The notes: a model not told the origin generated them from the sequence alone. A DNA stretch of 64,000 nt from Candidatus Eiseniibacteriota bacterium (GCA_963792585.1 CAWBWI010000003.1:512001-576000), one strand, 5' to 3'; positions 11,229 to 21,590 are shown, counted from the first letter of the stretch. Numbers and translations: made by a program.

Positions 11229-13925
11229 ATGAACGAAGAGCGACCCGATCCCGAACGCCTCCTGGCGCGCGTCCAGAAAGAGGAATCCCCGCGTACCCGA
11301 GGACGGCTGCGGGTGTTCCTCGGGGCCTCCGCCGGGGTCGGGAAGACCTATGCGATGCTCGAGCAGGCGCGGCTGCGCCAGGGGCAGGGCGTCGAGGTGG
11401 TTGTCGGTTGGGTGGAGACGCATGGGCGTCCCGAGACCGAGGCGCTCCTCGAAGGACTCGAGATCCTGCCTGCCAAGTCGTACGAATACCGCGGGACGTC
11501 CCTGAGGGAGTTCGACCTCGACGGCGCTCTCGCACGCAAACCCCGGATTCTGCTCCTCGATGAACTGGCGCACAGCAACGCGCCGGGCGCGCGCCATGCG
11601 AAGCGCTGGCAGGACGCGGAGGAGTTGCTCGGCGCGGGAATCGACATCTACACGACGGTGAACATCCAGCATCTGGAGAATCTGAACGACATCGTGACCC
11701 AGACGACCGGCGTGGTCGTGCGGGAGACCGTCCCTGATCGCATCCTGGATGAGGCGGAGGAGATCGAGCTCGTCGACATCACGCCCGAGGACCTCCTGGA
11801 GCGGCTCAAGGAGGGGAAGGTCTACGTCCCGACGCAGGCGGAGCGGGCGATGCGCGGCTTCTTCACGCGCGGAAACCTGATCGCCCTGCGGGAGCTCGCC
11901 CTGCGAAAGGCCGCGGAACGCGTCGATGCCGAGCTTCGGACGTACAAGGACGATCAGGAGATCGGCCAGGTCTGGCCGGTCTCAGAACGCCTGCTCGTTT
12001 GCGTCAGCGCGAGCCCTTCCGCGGCACGGGTCGTTCGCTCCGCGGCGCGCATGGCCGCGGGCCTGCGCGCGGAGTGGATCGTCGCATACGTGGAGCGGCC
12101 CGCAGACCCACGGGAATCGAATGAAGACCGGCAGAGGATCTCGCAGACCTTCCGATTGGCCGAGGAGCTCGGCGCGGAAACGGTTACGCTCGCGGGGCTC
12201 GACGTCAGCGCGGAACTGCTCGCCTACGCTCGAACGAGAAACGTGACCAAGATCGTCGTCGGCAAGCCGACCCGGCCCTGGTGGCGCTACAGGTTGTTCG
12301 GTTCGGCAGTCGACGAACTCATCCGGGGAAGCGACGACATCGATGTCTACGTGATCCGCGGGGAGAAGGACGAAACCCGCTCCCCGTTCGTTCCCCGTCT
12401 GCGCCGGCGTAGCCCGCTCCGATCCTACCTCTGGGGAATCCTGGCGGTTGTGGCTGCCACCGGCATCTGCCGCCTCATGTTCCACCACTTCGCGCCTGCG
12501 AACCTCATCATGGTCTATCTCCTCGAAGTCGTCTTCGTGGCGGCGGTGTTGGGGCGCGGACCCTCCCTGCTCGCATCGCTCCTCAGCGTGGCGGCGTTCG
12601 ACTTCTTCTTCGTGCCGCCCCACCTGACATTCGCCGTCAGCGACGGGCAGTACGTCGTGACCTTCGGGATCATGCTGATCGTCACCCTTTTGATCAGCAC
12701 GCTGGCCGTGCGACTCCGGGAGCAGTCGCAGACGCATCGGAGCCGCCAGGAACGGACGGCGGCGCTGTACAAGATGAGCCGCGAATTCGCGCAGACGAGC
12801 ACGATCCAGGAGGCGGTCGCCAGTGTCGAACGCCACTGGGGAGAGGTCTTCGAAGGCGAAGTCTGGGTGCTGCTTCCGGATTCGGAGGGACACCTCGCGC
12901 AGGCGGGAGGGATCACCTCGTCCTTCCCTCTCGATCCGAAGGAGCGGGCGGTCGCCGAGTGGGTCCATGAGCACGGGCAGATGGCCGGACTCGGAACGAC
13001 GACATTGTCGGGCGCCAAGGTACTCAGCGTTCCTCTGAAGACGGCGCGTGGAGGCGTCGGCGTGGTCTGTCTCTTTCCCGAGGGGGGCAGGCGTTCACTC
13101 ACGCCTGAGAAGCTCGACCTGCTCGAGACGTTCGCGAGCCAGACGGCGATTGTGATCGAACGCGCGACCCTAGCGCGGGAGGCGCACGAGGCGAAGATCC
13201 GCGTCGAGGCCGAGCGGTTGCGCAATTTGTTGCTGAGCTCCGTATCGCACGATCTGCGAACGCCGCTGGCCACGATCACGGGAGCGGCGAGCAGTCTCCT
13301 GGAATCCGAAGGACTGCTCCGGACTGAGACTCGCGGCGAGCTGATCCAGTCGATTCTGGACGAGGCGGAGCGGCTCAACCGTCTGCTCGGCAATCTGCTC
13401 AGCATGACGCGCATCGAGTCCGGGGGTGTTCACGTCCAGAAGGAATGGCAGCCGCTCGAGGAGGTCGTGGGGGCGGCCCTGAATCACGTCGAGAAGCTCC
13501 TTCGTGGGCGGCGCGCCCTCACTCGTGTTCCCGACGATCTGCCCCTTGTTCAGATCGACGGCGCGCTGATCGAACAGGTCCTGGTCAATCTCCTCGAGAA
13601 CGCAATCAAGTACACCCCGGAGGGAACACCGATCGAACTCGTCGCCCGGCTCGAAAGTGGACAGGTCATCGTGGAGGTGGCGGATCGGGGACCGGGGTTG
13701 CCCGAGGCGGACGCGGATCGGGTCTTCGAGAAGTTCTACCGGGGTTCCCACTCCGGTGATCGAGGAGGCGTCGGATTGGGACTTTCCATCTGCCGTGGCA
13801 TCGTCGAGGCCCATGGGGGGAAGATCTGGGCGGGAAACCGAGAAGGCGGCGGGGCGGCGTTCTGCTTCACGATTCCGGCGGGTGGTTCGCCGCCGAGCCT
13901 GGATGCAATGGACACGGAGCGATGA
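11229..13925 (+). CDS. kdpD: Sensor histidine kinase KdpD (full length)
   Basis: GASAGVGKTYAML, DELAHSN, Usp domain, 4 TM, GAF, SHDLRTPL, HATPase GLGL. Confidence 0.98.
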   Translation: MNEERPDPERLLARVQKEESPRTRGRLRVFLGASAGVGKTYAMLEQARLRQGQGVEVVVGWVETHGRPETEALLEGLEILPAKSYEYRGTSLREFDLDGALARKPRILLLDELAHSNAPGARHAKRWQDAEELLGAGIDIYTTVNIQHLENLNDIVTQTTGVVVRETVPDRILDEAEEIELVDITPEDLLERLKEGKVYVPTQAERAMRGFFTRGNLIALRELALRKAAERVDAELRTYKDDQEIGQVWPVSERLLVCVSASPSAARVVRSAARMAAGLRAEWIVAYVERPADPRESNEDRQRISQTFRLAEELGAETVTLAGLDVSAELLAYARTRNVTKIVVGKPTRPWWRYRLFGSAVDELIRGSDDIDVYVIRGEKDETRSPFVPRLRRRSPLRSYLWGILAVVAATGICRLMFHHFAPANLIMVYLLEVVFVAAVLGRGPSLLASLLSVAAFDFFFVPPHLTFAVSDGQYVVTFGIMLIVTLLISTLAVRLREQSQTHRSRQERTAALYKMSREFAQTSTIQEAVASVERHWGEVFEGEVWVLLPDSEGHLAQAGGITSSFPLDPKERAVAEWVHEHGQMAGLGTTTLSGAKVLSVPLKTARGGVGVVCLFPEGGRRSLTPEKLDLLETFASQTAIVIERATLAREAHEAKIRVEAERLRNLLLSSVSHDLRTPLATITGAASSLLESEGLLRTETRGELIQSILDEAERLNRLLGNLLSMTRIESGGVHVQKEWQPLEEVVGAALNHVEKLLRGRRALTRVPDDLPLVQIDGALIEQVLVNLLENAIKYTPEGTPIELVARLESGQVIVEVADRGPGLPEADADRVFEKFYRGSHSGDRGGVGLGLSICRGIVEAHGGKIWAGNREGGGAAFCFTIPAGGSPPSLDAMDTER

Positions 13926-13955
13926 GGCGCGACGGATGATGATGAGGGTGACGCG

Positions 13956-14660
13956 ATGAGCGAATCCGGAAAGATCGCGATTCTCATCATCGAGGACGAC
14001 GCGCAGATCCGTCGATTCCTCCGCGCAAGCCTCGCGAGCCAGGGATACCGGCTCATCGAAGCGGTCACGGGCGAGGAAGGCATCCGCCTGGCAGCGTCGC
14101 ATCGACCAGACCTCATCATCCTCGATCTCGGTCTTCCCGACGTGGACGGATTACGCGTCGCGCGGGCCGTCCGAAAATTCGCAACGACCCCGATCGTCAT
14201 CCTCTCCGCGCGAGGCCAGGAACGCGACAAGATCGACGCGCTCGACGCCGGGGCCGATGACTACGTGACGAAACCGTTTGGGGTAGGCGAGTTGCTCGCG
14301 CGGATGCGGGTCGCGTTGCGCCACGCCGCGCGGGAGGGGCAGGAGACGGAGGGCGAGCCTCTGTTCGAGGTCGCCGATCTTCATGTCGATCTCGTCCGCA
14401 GACACGTCCGCGTGGCGGGCGAGGAGATCCACCTCACGCCGATCGAGTACAAGATCCTGGCGGCGCTGGTTCGACATGCGGGCCGTGTCGTCACGCATCG
14501 ACAACTTCTGCAGGAGGTTTGGGGTCCCTCATTCCACGAGCAGACCCACTACCTACGGGTCTACATGCAGCAGCTTCGCAAGAAGCTGGAACGGACCCCG
14601 GCGCACCCCCGTTATCTGAGAACCGAGCCGGGCGTCGGCTACCGGCTCGTCGACGAGTAG
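13956..14660 (+). CDS. kdpE: Response regulator KdpE
   Basis: REC (LDLGLPD, GADDYVTKPF) plus OmpR wHTH (HYLRVYMQQLRKKLE, TEPGVGYRL). Confidence 0.97.
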   Translation: MSESGKIAILIIEDDAQIRRFLRASLASQGYRLIEAVTGEEGIRLAASHRPDLIILDLGLPDVDGLRVARAVRKFATTPIVILSARGQERDKIDALDAGADDYVTKPFGVGELLARMRVALRHAAREGQETEGEPLFEVADLHVDLVRRHVRVAGEEIHLTPIEYKILAALVRHAGRVVTHRQLLQEVWGPSFHEQTHYLRVYMQQLRKKLERTPAHPRYLRTEPGVGYRLVDE

Positions 14661-14679
14661 GGGCCGGGGGCACGGCCCC
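14660..14679 (+). terminator. GC hairpin after kdpE
   Basis: GGGGCCG-6nt-CGGCCCC immediately after the stop; weak U tract. Confidence 0.4.
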
Positions 14680-14732
14680 CTTCGAAGACCTCATCCTCGA
14701 AGACCACGCTTGCGGACTCGATCGATTCCTAG

Positions 14733-14765
14733 TAGTTTCAACTCTAACGATTGGAGATGAAACTA
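14733..14765 (+). promoter_or_regulatory. Inverted repeat covering the RBS and start of the MarR gene (operator and/or RNA hairpin)
   Basis: TAGTTTCA...TGAAACTA perfect arms enclosing CTCTAA-CGA-TTGGAG; AT-rich island in GC-rich DNA. Confidence 0.6.
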
Positions 14766-15235
14766 TGCCCACCCACTACCAGGGGAACCCGAGAGAGGTG
14801 CTCGCGCTCGACAGCTTCATCAAGCTCTCGCGCGCGACCGACTCTCTGGCCAGCCGACTGCACCAGGACCTCACCACCCACAAGATCACTCCGGGACAGT
14901 TCGGGGTGCTCGAGGCGCTCCTCCACCTCGGCCCGATGAACCAGACCGAGATCGGCCGCAAATTGCTCCGCAGCAATCCGAACATCACGACCGTCATCGA
15001 CAATCTCGAGAAGGGCGGGCTGGTGCGGCGCGAGCGGCGGACCGACGACCGGCGGGCGATCGAGGTGTCGCTGACCTCGAAGGGGCGTAGAAAAATCGAG
15101 AATGTCTTCCCGGAGCACGCGCGTCGGATCACCGAACTGCTCTCCCCGTTGACCGTTCAGGAGCAGCAAGAACTCGGGCGCTTGACGAAGAAGCTGGGCA
15201 TGGCCATCGCAGCGGAGAAAGAGGTACCGAAATGA
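14765..15235 (+). CDS. MarR family regulator (MhqR-like)
   Basis: ITPGQFGVLEALLHLGPM, NITTVIDNLEKGGLVRR, DRRAIEVSLTSKG; GGAG RBS. Confidence 0.92.
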   Translation: MPTHYQGNPREVLALDSFIKLSRATDSLASRLHQDLTTHKITPGQFGVLEALLHLGPMNQTEIGRKLLRSNPNITTVIDNLEKGGLVRRERRTDDRRAIEVSLTSKGRRKIENVFPEHARRITELLSPLTVQEQQELGRLTKKLGMAIAAEKEVPK

Positions 15236-16128
15236 TCGCGGGCGCGAAGAGAATCCGGGGCCTCCAGCGCGTCGTCGACAGCGTGCGCACCATCGAGGGC
15301 GGAGGCTTCGCCGTCCGCAGGCCGTTCCCCACGGCGGCGCTGCCGGACATGGATCCCTTTCTCCTCCTCGACCACCTGGGTCCCACCGACTACGGCCCCG
15401 GTGAGGCAATCGGGGCCCCCGACCATCCGCATCGAGGATTCGAGACCGTCACCTATGTCCTCGAGGGAAAGCTGGAACACCAGGATTCGATGGGGAACCA
15501 TGGCATCCTGGGTCCGGGAGATGTGCAGTGGATGACGGCGGGATCGGGAGTCGTGCACTCGGAGATGCCGGAGGCCGGCTTTCTGCGAAGCGGGGGGCGC
15601 ATGCACGGATTCCAGCTCTGGGTGAATCTGCCCCGAAAGGACAAGATGATCCGGCCGCGATACCAGGACATCCCATCGGCGCGGATTCCCATGCCCCGAT
15701 CGGAAGACGGCAAGGTCACCGTCAAGGTGATCGCAGGCGAAGCGCTCGGGGCGAGCGCGGTGATCGAGACGCGGATCCCGATCACGTTTCTGCACCTGGT
15801 CCTTCAATCGGGCGGCACGGTCGAGATTCCGATCGCGACCGGGCAGACCGCGTTCGCCTACGTCGTCGAGGGGACGGGGAGCTCCGGCTTGGTCGATCGG
15901 ACGGTCCGCGAAGGGCAACTCGTTCAGTTCGCGGATGACGGGGACGCGGTCGTTTTCCGGGGCCCGCTCGGGAACGAATCGCCCGCGAGCATCCTTCTGC
16001 TTGCCGGCTCGCCCCTCCATGAACCGGTCGCCCGTTACGGCCCGTTCGTGATGAACACGCCTCAAGAGATCAACCAGGCAATCGCCGACTATCAGAACGG
16101 CACGATGGGTCGGATCGAGAGTCCATGA
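15232..16128 (+). CDS. Pirin family protein
   Basis: DPFLLLDH, HPHRGFETVTY, WMTAGSGVVHSE, YGPFVMNT; ATGA overlap with marR. Confidence 0.96.
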   Translation: MIAGAKRIRGLQRVVDSVRTIEGGGFAVRRPFPTAALPDMDPFLLLDHLGPTDYGPGEAIGAPDHPHRGFETVTYVLEGKLEHQDSMGNHGILGPGDVQWMTAGSGVVHSEMPEAGFLRSGGRMHGFQLWVNLPRKDKMIRPRYQDIPSARIPMPRSEDGKVTVKVIAGEALGASAVIETRIPITFLHLVLQSGGTVEIPIATGQTAFAYVVEGTGSSGLVDRTVREGQLVQFADDGDAVVFRGPLGNESPASILLLAGSPLHEPVARYGPFVMNTPQEINQAIADYQNGTMGRIESP

Positions 16129-16395
16129 TTCGCGCGATCCGATCTCGACAACGCGGTCCAGGCTTGGAGCCACCGCGCTGCCCGGCACCCTCGACGCCGC
16201 CGGCGTGGTGAAACTCTTCGCACATGCACGCCTGCGCCCGTCCCCTGGAGCGCATCAGCAGATCTGAATCGATCGGGCCGCTCGCATACAAAAACCGCAT
16301 GGGCTATGCCGAGGGCGACACGCCGACATAGAATCGACGCGCGAGGGGCAGGGTATCAGGGGCGATCGTCTCGACCTCGAATCCCGGAGGCTTGC

Positions 16396-18123
16396 TTGAA
16401 CTCTCATCGCGCGCTCGCGCTGCTCGTCTGCTCGATTCTCCTTCTCTCTCAATCACCCGGCGCGTCCGGCGTCGCCACGAGCGCGCAAGAGCGCGCGAAC
16501 TTCGCGCGCAGGGCCGTCCAACGCGATCACTTCCTCGAACGGGGATACGCACTGGGATTGGAGCGGGCGCGCGCGAAGCGTGCCGAGCTCGACGCCCGCT
16601 TCGGGCGGGCGCTCGCGATCCCGCCGGATGCGGAGGCCGATCCGTCGCTCGGCTCGGCAAAGGGTCGTTCAGGTGCGCTCGGGAAGACACGCGACAGCGA
16701 CTGGACGGCGTATGGCGGACCGTTCGGGATGCCGGAGGCGGCGCATTTGCTCCGACGGGGGATGATCGGTCCCCGCGTCGACGAGATGCAGGCTGCCGCC
16801 GCGAGCGGCCCGAACGCCGCGGTCTCCGGCCTCCTGGCCCCGCGCGCCCTACCGCCGCCCCCGGGGGATTGGGCGCTCGAGCCGCTGCCGGACATGAGCG
16901 GGTGGACGCAGCAGATGGTCGACTCCCTGGTGACCCTCTACTTCACCCGGGACGAGCTGCTGAAGCTTTGGTGGGCGCAGGCGATCCTGGCGGAGGATCC
17001 CGGCATCTCCGAAGCGATGACGCTCTTCTGGCACGATCACTTCGCGACGTCCTATGAGAAGGTTCTCTTCCCGCAGTCCATGTACAAGCAGAACCAGCTG
17101 TTCCGCCAGTACGCGGTCGGCAACTTCAAGACGCTGGTTCACCAGATCGCCCTCGACCCCGCGATGCTGATCTGGCTCGACGGCAATGATAATTACGTGA
17201 ATCACATCAACGAGAACTTCGCGCGCGAACTCCTCGAGCTCTTCACGATGGGACTCGATCACTACACCCAGGAGGATGTCGTCGCCGCGGCCCGCGCGTT
17301 CACCGGGACCTTCTCGTTCGACGGGGTCAACACCGTTCAGATCCCGGAATACCACGACGACGGGCTGAAGACATTCATGGGGCAGACCGGAAACTGGGAT
17401 GGAGACGACATCATCGAGATCATCTTCCAGCAGGACGAGACGGCCCGGTTCCTCTGCAGGAAGCTCTATCGCTGGTTCATCGACGAGTACCCGGACGAGG
17501 CGCGGGTCGAGGAGCTTGCCCAGACCCTTCGGGCTTTCAACTACCAGCTCGAACCCGTCCTCTCCCGGATGTTCAAGAGCGATCTCTTCTTCGACCCGAA
17601 CTACCGGGGAGCGCTCTATTGCGATGGGATCGATCGAAGCATCGGCCTGTTGCGCGCCTTCTACATCGACACCGTCGACTACACGGATCCGACCGGACCT
17701 CAGGCTTACTGGACCTGGGACGCGATGATTCTCCAGCGTCATGTGCTCTTCCAGCCGCCGAACGTCGGCGGCTGGCTAGGATACCGGGCGTGGTTGAACT
17801 CCTACATCCTCCCGTGGAGACGAACCCTCGATGTGAGCCTGGTGGACGGGGATCTTTGGGGCTGGGATCTGATGATGAAGCTGGACGGCGTCGCCCTGGC
17901 GAACCGGTTGAGCGACCCGAACAACCCGGTAACCATGGTCAATGATCTCACCACGTGTTTCTACGGCGTGCCGCCGGGCCCGGCCGTTCGCCAGCGTCTC
18001 CTGGATGAACTCCTTCAAGGTATGGATCCAGGCGACTGGTCGATGAACAACCCGTTCGCCGAACAACACATCGAATCCCTGATGCGGCTCCTGATCCGGA
18101 TGCCGGACTTCCAGCTGAAGTAA
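16396..18123 (+). CDS. DUF1800 family protein (exported)
   Basis: AAHLLRR, TLFWHDHFATS, DPAMLIWLDG, NENFARELLELFTMG, PPNVGGW; TTG start after GGAGG gives a signal peptide. Confidence 0.9.
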   Translation: MNSHRALALLVCSILLLSQSPGASGVATSAQERANFARRAVQRDHFLERGYALGLERARAKRAELDARFGRALAIPPDAEADPSLGSAKGRSGALGKTRDSDWTAYGGPFGMPEAAHLLRRGMIGPRVDEMQAAAASGPNAAVSGLLAPRALPPPPGDWALEPLPDMSGWTQQMVDSLVTLYFTRDELLKLWWAQAILAEDPGISEAMTLFWHDHFATSYEKVLFPQSMYKQNQLFRQYAVGNFKTLVHQIALDPAMLIWLDGNDNYVNHINENFARELLELFTMGLDHYTQEDVVAAARAFTGTFSFDGVNTVQIPEYHDDGLKTFMGQTGNWDGDDIIEIIFQQDETARFLCRKLYRWFIDEYPDEARVEELAQTLRAFNYQLEPVLSRMFKSDLFFDPNYRGALYCDGIDRSIGLLRAFYIDTVDYTDPTGPQAYWTWDAMILQRHVLFQPPNVGGWLGYRAWLNSYILPWRRTLDVSLVDGDLWGWDLMMKLDGVALANRLSDPNNPVTMVNDLTTCFYGVPPGPAVRQRLLDELLQGMDPGDWSMNNPFAEQHIESLMRLLIRMPDFQLK

Positions 18124-18138
18124 GGAGGGATGCTGACC

Positions 18139-19707
18139 ATGACGAAGATCAGTCGTAGGGACTTCGTGAGGCGGGCCCTCGAGATGTCCGCTGCCGGCCT
18201 TCTGGTCCCGCCGGCGCTCCGGACGATGGGCATCCTGGGCGGCGGGAAGGCTCTCGCCTCGTCCCTCACCGGCCGGGACGCGCCGCTGGGCGGGCGCATT
18301 CTGATTTGGGTCAACCTGAGCGGGGGAAACGACGGGCTCAATACGGTGATCCCGTACACCGATCCGCTCTACGCCCAGCTTCGCCCGAACATCGCCGTGC
18401 CCCCGAACCAGGTCATCCCGTTGGATGGGATCACCGGTCTTCACCCATCCATGGCGGCCTTCGGCGCGCTCTATCAGGCGGGGAGCCTCGCGGTTCTGCA
18501 GGGCGTGGGCTATTCGGAAATGAACCTCTCCCACTTCCGGGGGACCGACATCTGGTTCAGCGGCTCCTCGAGCGGCCAGATCCTCGAGACCGGTTGGCTC
18601 GCCCGCTTCATCGAGGCGGTCTTCCCCGACTTCCCAGATGTGATCCCGGCGTCGCCGTACGGTCTGCAGCAGTCGGACTCCCACCGGCTCCCGTTGCAGG
18701 GGAACCGCGCGCTCACGGGTGTCATCGTCGACGATCCGAGCACCTTCTCGTACCTTGTGAACGAGAACTACCCCGGTTCGTGGACGGATCCCGTTCCGCC
18801 CACGCACGGAGGCGATGAACTCACCTACCTCCGGGATCTGGATCGGCAGACGTTCGCCTACGCGGCGGCGATCCAGACCGCTTCCGACGTTGGGCACAAC
18901 AGCGTCACCTACCCCGACACGAATGTGGGGCGGCAGCTCGAGATCGTTGCCCGCTTGATCAGCGGAGGGCTCGAGACCCCCGTCTTCCTCGCGAGCGAGT
19001 ATGGCTTCGACACACATGCCGGCCAGGCATATGCGCACCCGGTGATCCTGGGAAGCGTCGCCGACTCCGTCGCCGCGCTCTGGGCCGATCTCGGGAATCA
19101 AGGAATCGCGGACAGGGTCATCATCATGACGACATCCGAATTCGGGCGGCGCGTGGAGGAGAACGGGAGCGAGGGAACGGATCACGGAACCGCGGCGCCC
19201 CACTTCGTAGTCGGCGCGGGCGTCAACGGCGGCGTCTACGGCTCCAATCCCGACCTGAGCGACCTGGACGAGAACGGGAACCTGCTCATCCAGAACGACT
19301 ATCGCAGCTACTTCGGGACCATCCTCGCGAGCCACTTCGGGGCGAGCGCGGCGGTTCTCGAAAGCGTCTTCGGCGGGAGCTTCCCGGACCTCGGGTTCCT
19401 GACCGCCCCGGCGAACTCCGACCACCAAGCAGGGCGGCCGGTCGATCTCCTCCGCGCGCCGAGCCCGAATCCTTTCAGGACGGGACAGCGCGTCGCCATC
19501 GATTTCGAACTCGCGCGGGCGGGTCATGCTGCGCTCGTCCTCTTCGACGCCCAGGGCCGACGGATCGCCACGCTGGTCAACGAGACGCGGGCGGCGGGCG
19601 CGCACCATATCGTGTGGAACGGGCAGGGGCTTCCCGCAGGGACGTACCTACTGCGATTGGAGACTCCGGCGCGCAAGCTGCACGCGAAGCTCGTCGCGCT
19701 GGACTAG
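18139..19707 (+). CDS. DUF1501 protein with Tat signal and C-terminal FlgD-Ig/T9SS-A-like domain
   Basis: SRRDFVRR, LSGGNDGLNTVIP, SHFR, GFDTH, SEFGRR..EN..GTDHG; tail PSPNPF...LFDAQGRRIATLV...GTYLLRL. Confidence 0.92.
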   Translation: MTKISRRDFVRRALEMSAAGLLVPPALRTMGILGGGKALASSLTGRDAPLGGRILIWVNLSGGNDGLNTVIPYTDPLYAQLRPNIAVPPNQVIPLDGITGLHPSMAAFGALYQAGSLAVLQGVGYSEMNLSHFRGTDIWFSGSSSGQILETGWLARFIEAVFPDFPDVIPASPYGLQQSDSHRLPLQGNRALTGVIVDDPSTFSYLVNENYPGSWTDPVPPTHGGDELTYLRDLDRQTFAYAAAIQTASDVGHNSVTYPDTNVGRQLEIVARLISGGLETPVFLASEYGFDTHAGQAYAHPVILGSVADSVAALWADLGNQGIADRVIIMTTSEFGRRVEENGSEGTDHGTAAPHFVVGAGVNGGVYGSNPDLSDLDENGNLLIQNDYRSYFGTILASHFGASAAVLESVFGGSFPDLGFLTAPANSDHQAGRPVDLLRAPSPNPFRTGQRVAIDFELARAGHAALVLFDAQGRRIATLVNETRAAGAHHIVWNGQGLPAGTYLLRLETPARKLHAKLVALD

Positions 19708-19743
19708 GCGTTCCGGCGTTCGCCCGGGGCCGGACGCGATGGA

Positions 19744-20628
19744 TCAGGGGAGGACGAGGATCTTGACGATCCTCGTTTCTCTATCTGCCGTGAGCGCGCA
19801 GAAGTAGAGTCCCGCCGGAACCGATCTCCCGTCGCGATCGCGTCCGTCCCAGATCCACTCCCGCTCTCCGGCGGGCGCGCCGTTGATGCCGAACGATCGG
19901 AGTTCCCTCCCGGTTGCGTCCACCAGTCGAAGGGAGATCGGCTCCGCTCCCGGGATTGTGAAGGTGATCCGCGTCCAATCGCGTACCGGGTTGGGGCCCA
20001 CCCAGAGACGGATTTCCTCCTGTGCGGCGAGCGGGGGATCCACGCCCCCCGGCACGTTCTCGGGCACGCTCAGGAAGATCGAATAGATGAAGTCGAACGT
20101 CGTCGAGTGGTTGTTGTTGGCGGCGTTTCCGGCGACATAGAACTCCACCGGACCCGTCCCCGCTGGGGGAGCGGTCCAGAGGATCGGCCACGACGCCGAG
20201 GTCGCGTTCGGAAAGGTCCCCTCCAGCGTTTGCTTGATATAGTCCAGTTCTTCGAAGGCGCCCGTGGAAACCTGCGTCGTAGCGTCCACCGACGCGAGCG
20301 TACCGCCCTGGAGCCCGTCGGAGGTGCGCAACGAGGTCAGCTCGAAGCCCCAGAGGCGCTGCCCCGGATCCACGAGGTAGACGGTCATCGGGTAGGTCTC
20401 GCCCGGCGTGTAGGACGCCGGATGGTTCTGGACCGCGAGGGAGCCGTTCCCGCTGTTCAGGGGGAAGCTCGAGTGACACGCGGCACAGGTGTTGAACTCG
20501 GGCGGCTCGCCGGCGTGACCGTCCGGGGGACCCCCGGAGTAGGCCCCTGCCGTCCCCGCGACGATACCCGCTACCCCGAACAGGAAGGCAGCCTGCGCGA
20601 GAAATCGATTCGGGTGCTGTCGGCGCAT
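19744..20628 (-). CDS. Secreted Reeler/choice-of-anchor V-like protein with CxxCH and C-terminal FlgD-Ig domain
   Basis: YSGGPP.G.AG, CAACH, YTPGETY, WTAPP.GTGPV.FYVAGNAAN; tail GPNPVR...WDGRDRDGRSVPAGLYF. Confidence 0.75.
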   Translation of the reverse strand: MRRQHPNRFLAQAAFLFGVAGIVAGTAGAYSGGPPDGHAGEPPEFNTCAACHSSFPLNSGNGSLAVQNHPASYTPGETYPMTVYLVDPGQRLWGFELTSLRTSDGLQGGTLASVDATTQVSTGAFEELDYIKQTLEGTFPNATSASWPILWTAPPAGTGPVEFYVAGNAANNNHSTTFDFIYSIFLSVPENVPGGVDPPLAAQEEIRLWVGPNPVRDWTRITFTIPGAEPISLRLVDATGRELRSFGINGAPAGEREWIWDGRDRDGRSVPAGLYFCALTADRETRIVKILVLP

Positions 20629-20898
20629 CGATCCTCCCGGAGGGTCCGGCCGGTGGTCCTGATTCGCTCGGCGCGAGGGCCACGTCGATATTGATTCAAG
20701 GGTACCCGTTCCTGCCGGGCGGACGAAGCGGATCCCGGCCCCGCGGGCCCCCAACGGGGCCCGCTCCCGGCCCGGACTCGGGGCGCCGCCGGGGCGGGAG
20801 GAACGGCCGGAGCCGCATCCGACCGGTGACAGGCCCCGCCGGGCGGGCTTATAGTGCGCGGTGGTTTCCGATCGAATTGACCAACGAAAGGGGGTCCC

Positions 20899-21432
20899 AT
20901 GCGGCGCATCGTCCCGATCCTTTGTCTGATGGTGATTGCGCTTTGCGCGATCATGCCGAGTGCGAAAGCGGCTACGGGGGAGAAGCCGATTCAAATCTCT
21001 CTATGGAATCCGGTCCAGATCTTCCCCGCGGAGACTTCGATCCGAGGACTGCGGTTGAACCTCCTGTACGGAGTGAACAAGGAAGTGCGGGGTCTCGACG
21101 TCGGCATCGTGAATCAGACGACCGGCGTCTTCAAGGGCCTGCAGTACGGAATCGTCGGCATGGTGGGCGGCGACATGCACGGCTGGCAGGACAACTTCGT
21201 CAACATCACCGACGCGAAGATGCACGGACTTCAGTCCGGAGCGTACAACCAGACCGGGAACGGCGAAGGGGTCCAGTGGGGATTCATCAACGTTGCGGAC
21301 GAATTCCATGGCCTTCAGGTCGCATTCGTCAACAGCACGAAGACGATGGACGGTTTGCAGATCGGTATCGTGAACATCATCTCGCAGGCGCCGAGCCACA
21401 AGATCCTTCCGATCGTGAACTGGCAGTTCTAA
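20899..21432 (+). CDS. Secreted LA_2272-like surface-repeat protein
   Basis: PIQISLWNPVQ, repeated GLQxGxVN units, C-terminal LPIVNWQF. Confidence 0.78.
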   Translation: MRRIVPILCLMVIALCAIMPSAKAATGEKPIQISLWNPVQIFPAETSIRGLRLNLLYGVNKEVRGLDVGIVNQTTGVFKGLQYGIVGMVGGDMHGWQDNFVNITDAKMHGLQSGAYNQTGNGEGVQWGFINVADEFHGLQVAFVNSTKTMDGLQIGIVNIISQAPSHKILPIVNWQF

Positions 21433-21469
21433 GCGAGACGTCGCCGGCCCGTCCGGCGGACGAAAAATC

Positions 21470-21503
21470 GTGAGGGGTCTCGGGGATGCCCGTGACCCCT
21501 CGC
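21470..21503. terminator. Hairpin between convergent genes
   Basis: GTGAGGGGTC-TCGGG-GATG-CCCGT-GACCCCTCGC. Confidence 0.55.
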
Positions 21504-21590
21504 GCCGTCATGGGCCCAATCCCGCTGGGTTGCCTCCTCCGTCAAGTTGGCGGGCCTGTCCGGAGAGGGTGACCGTCCAGGGAACGGAGT

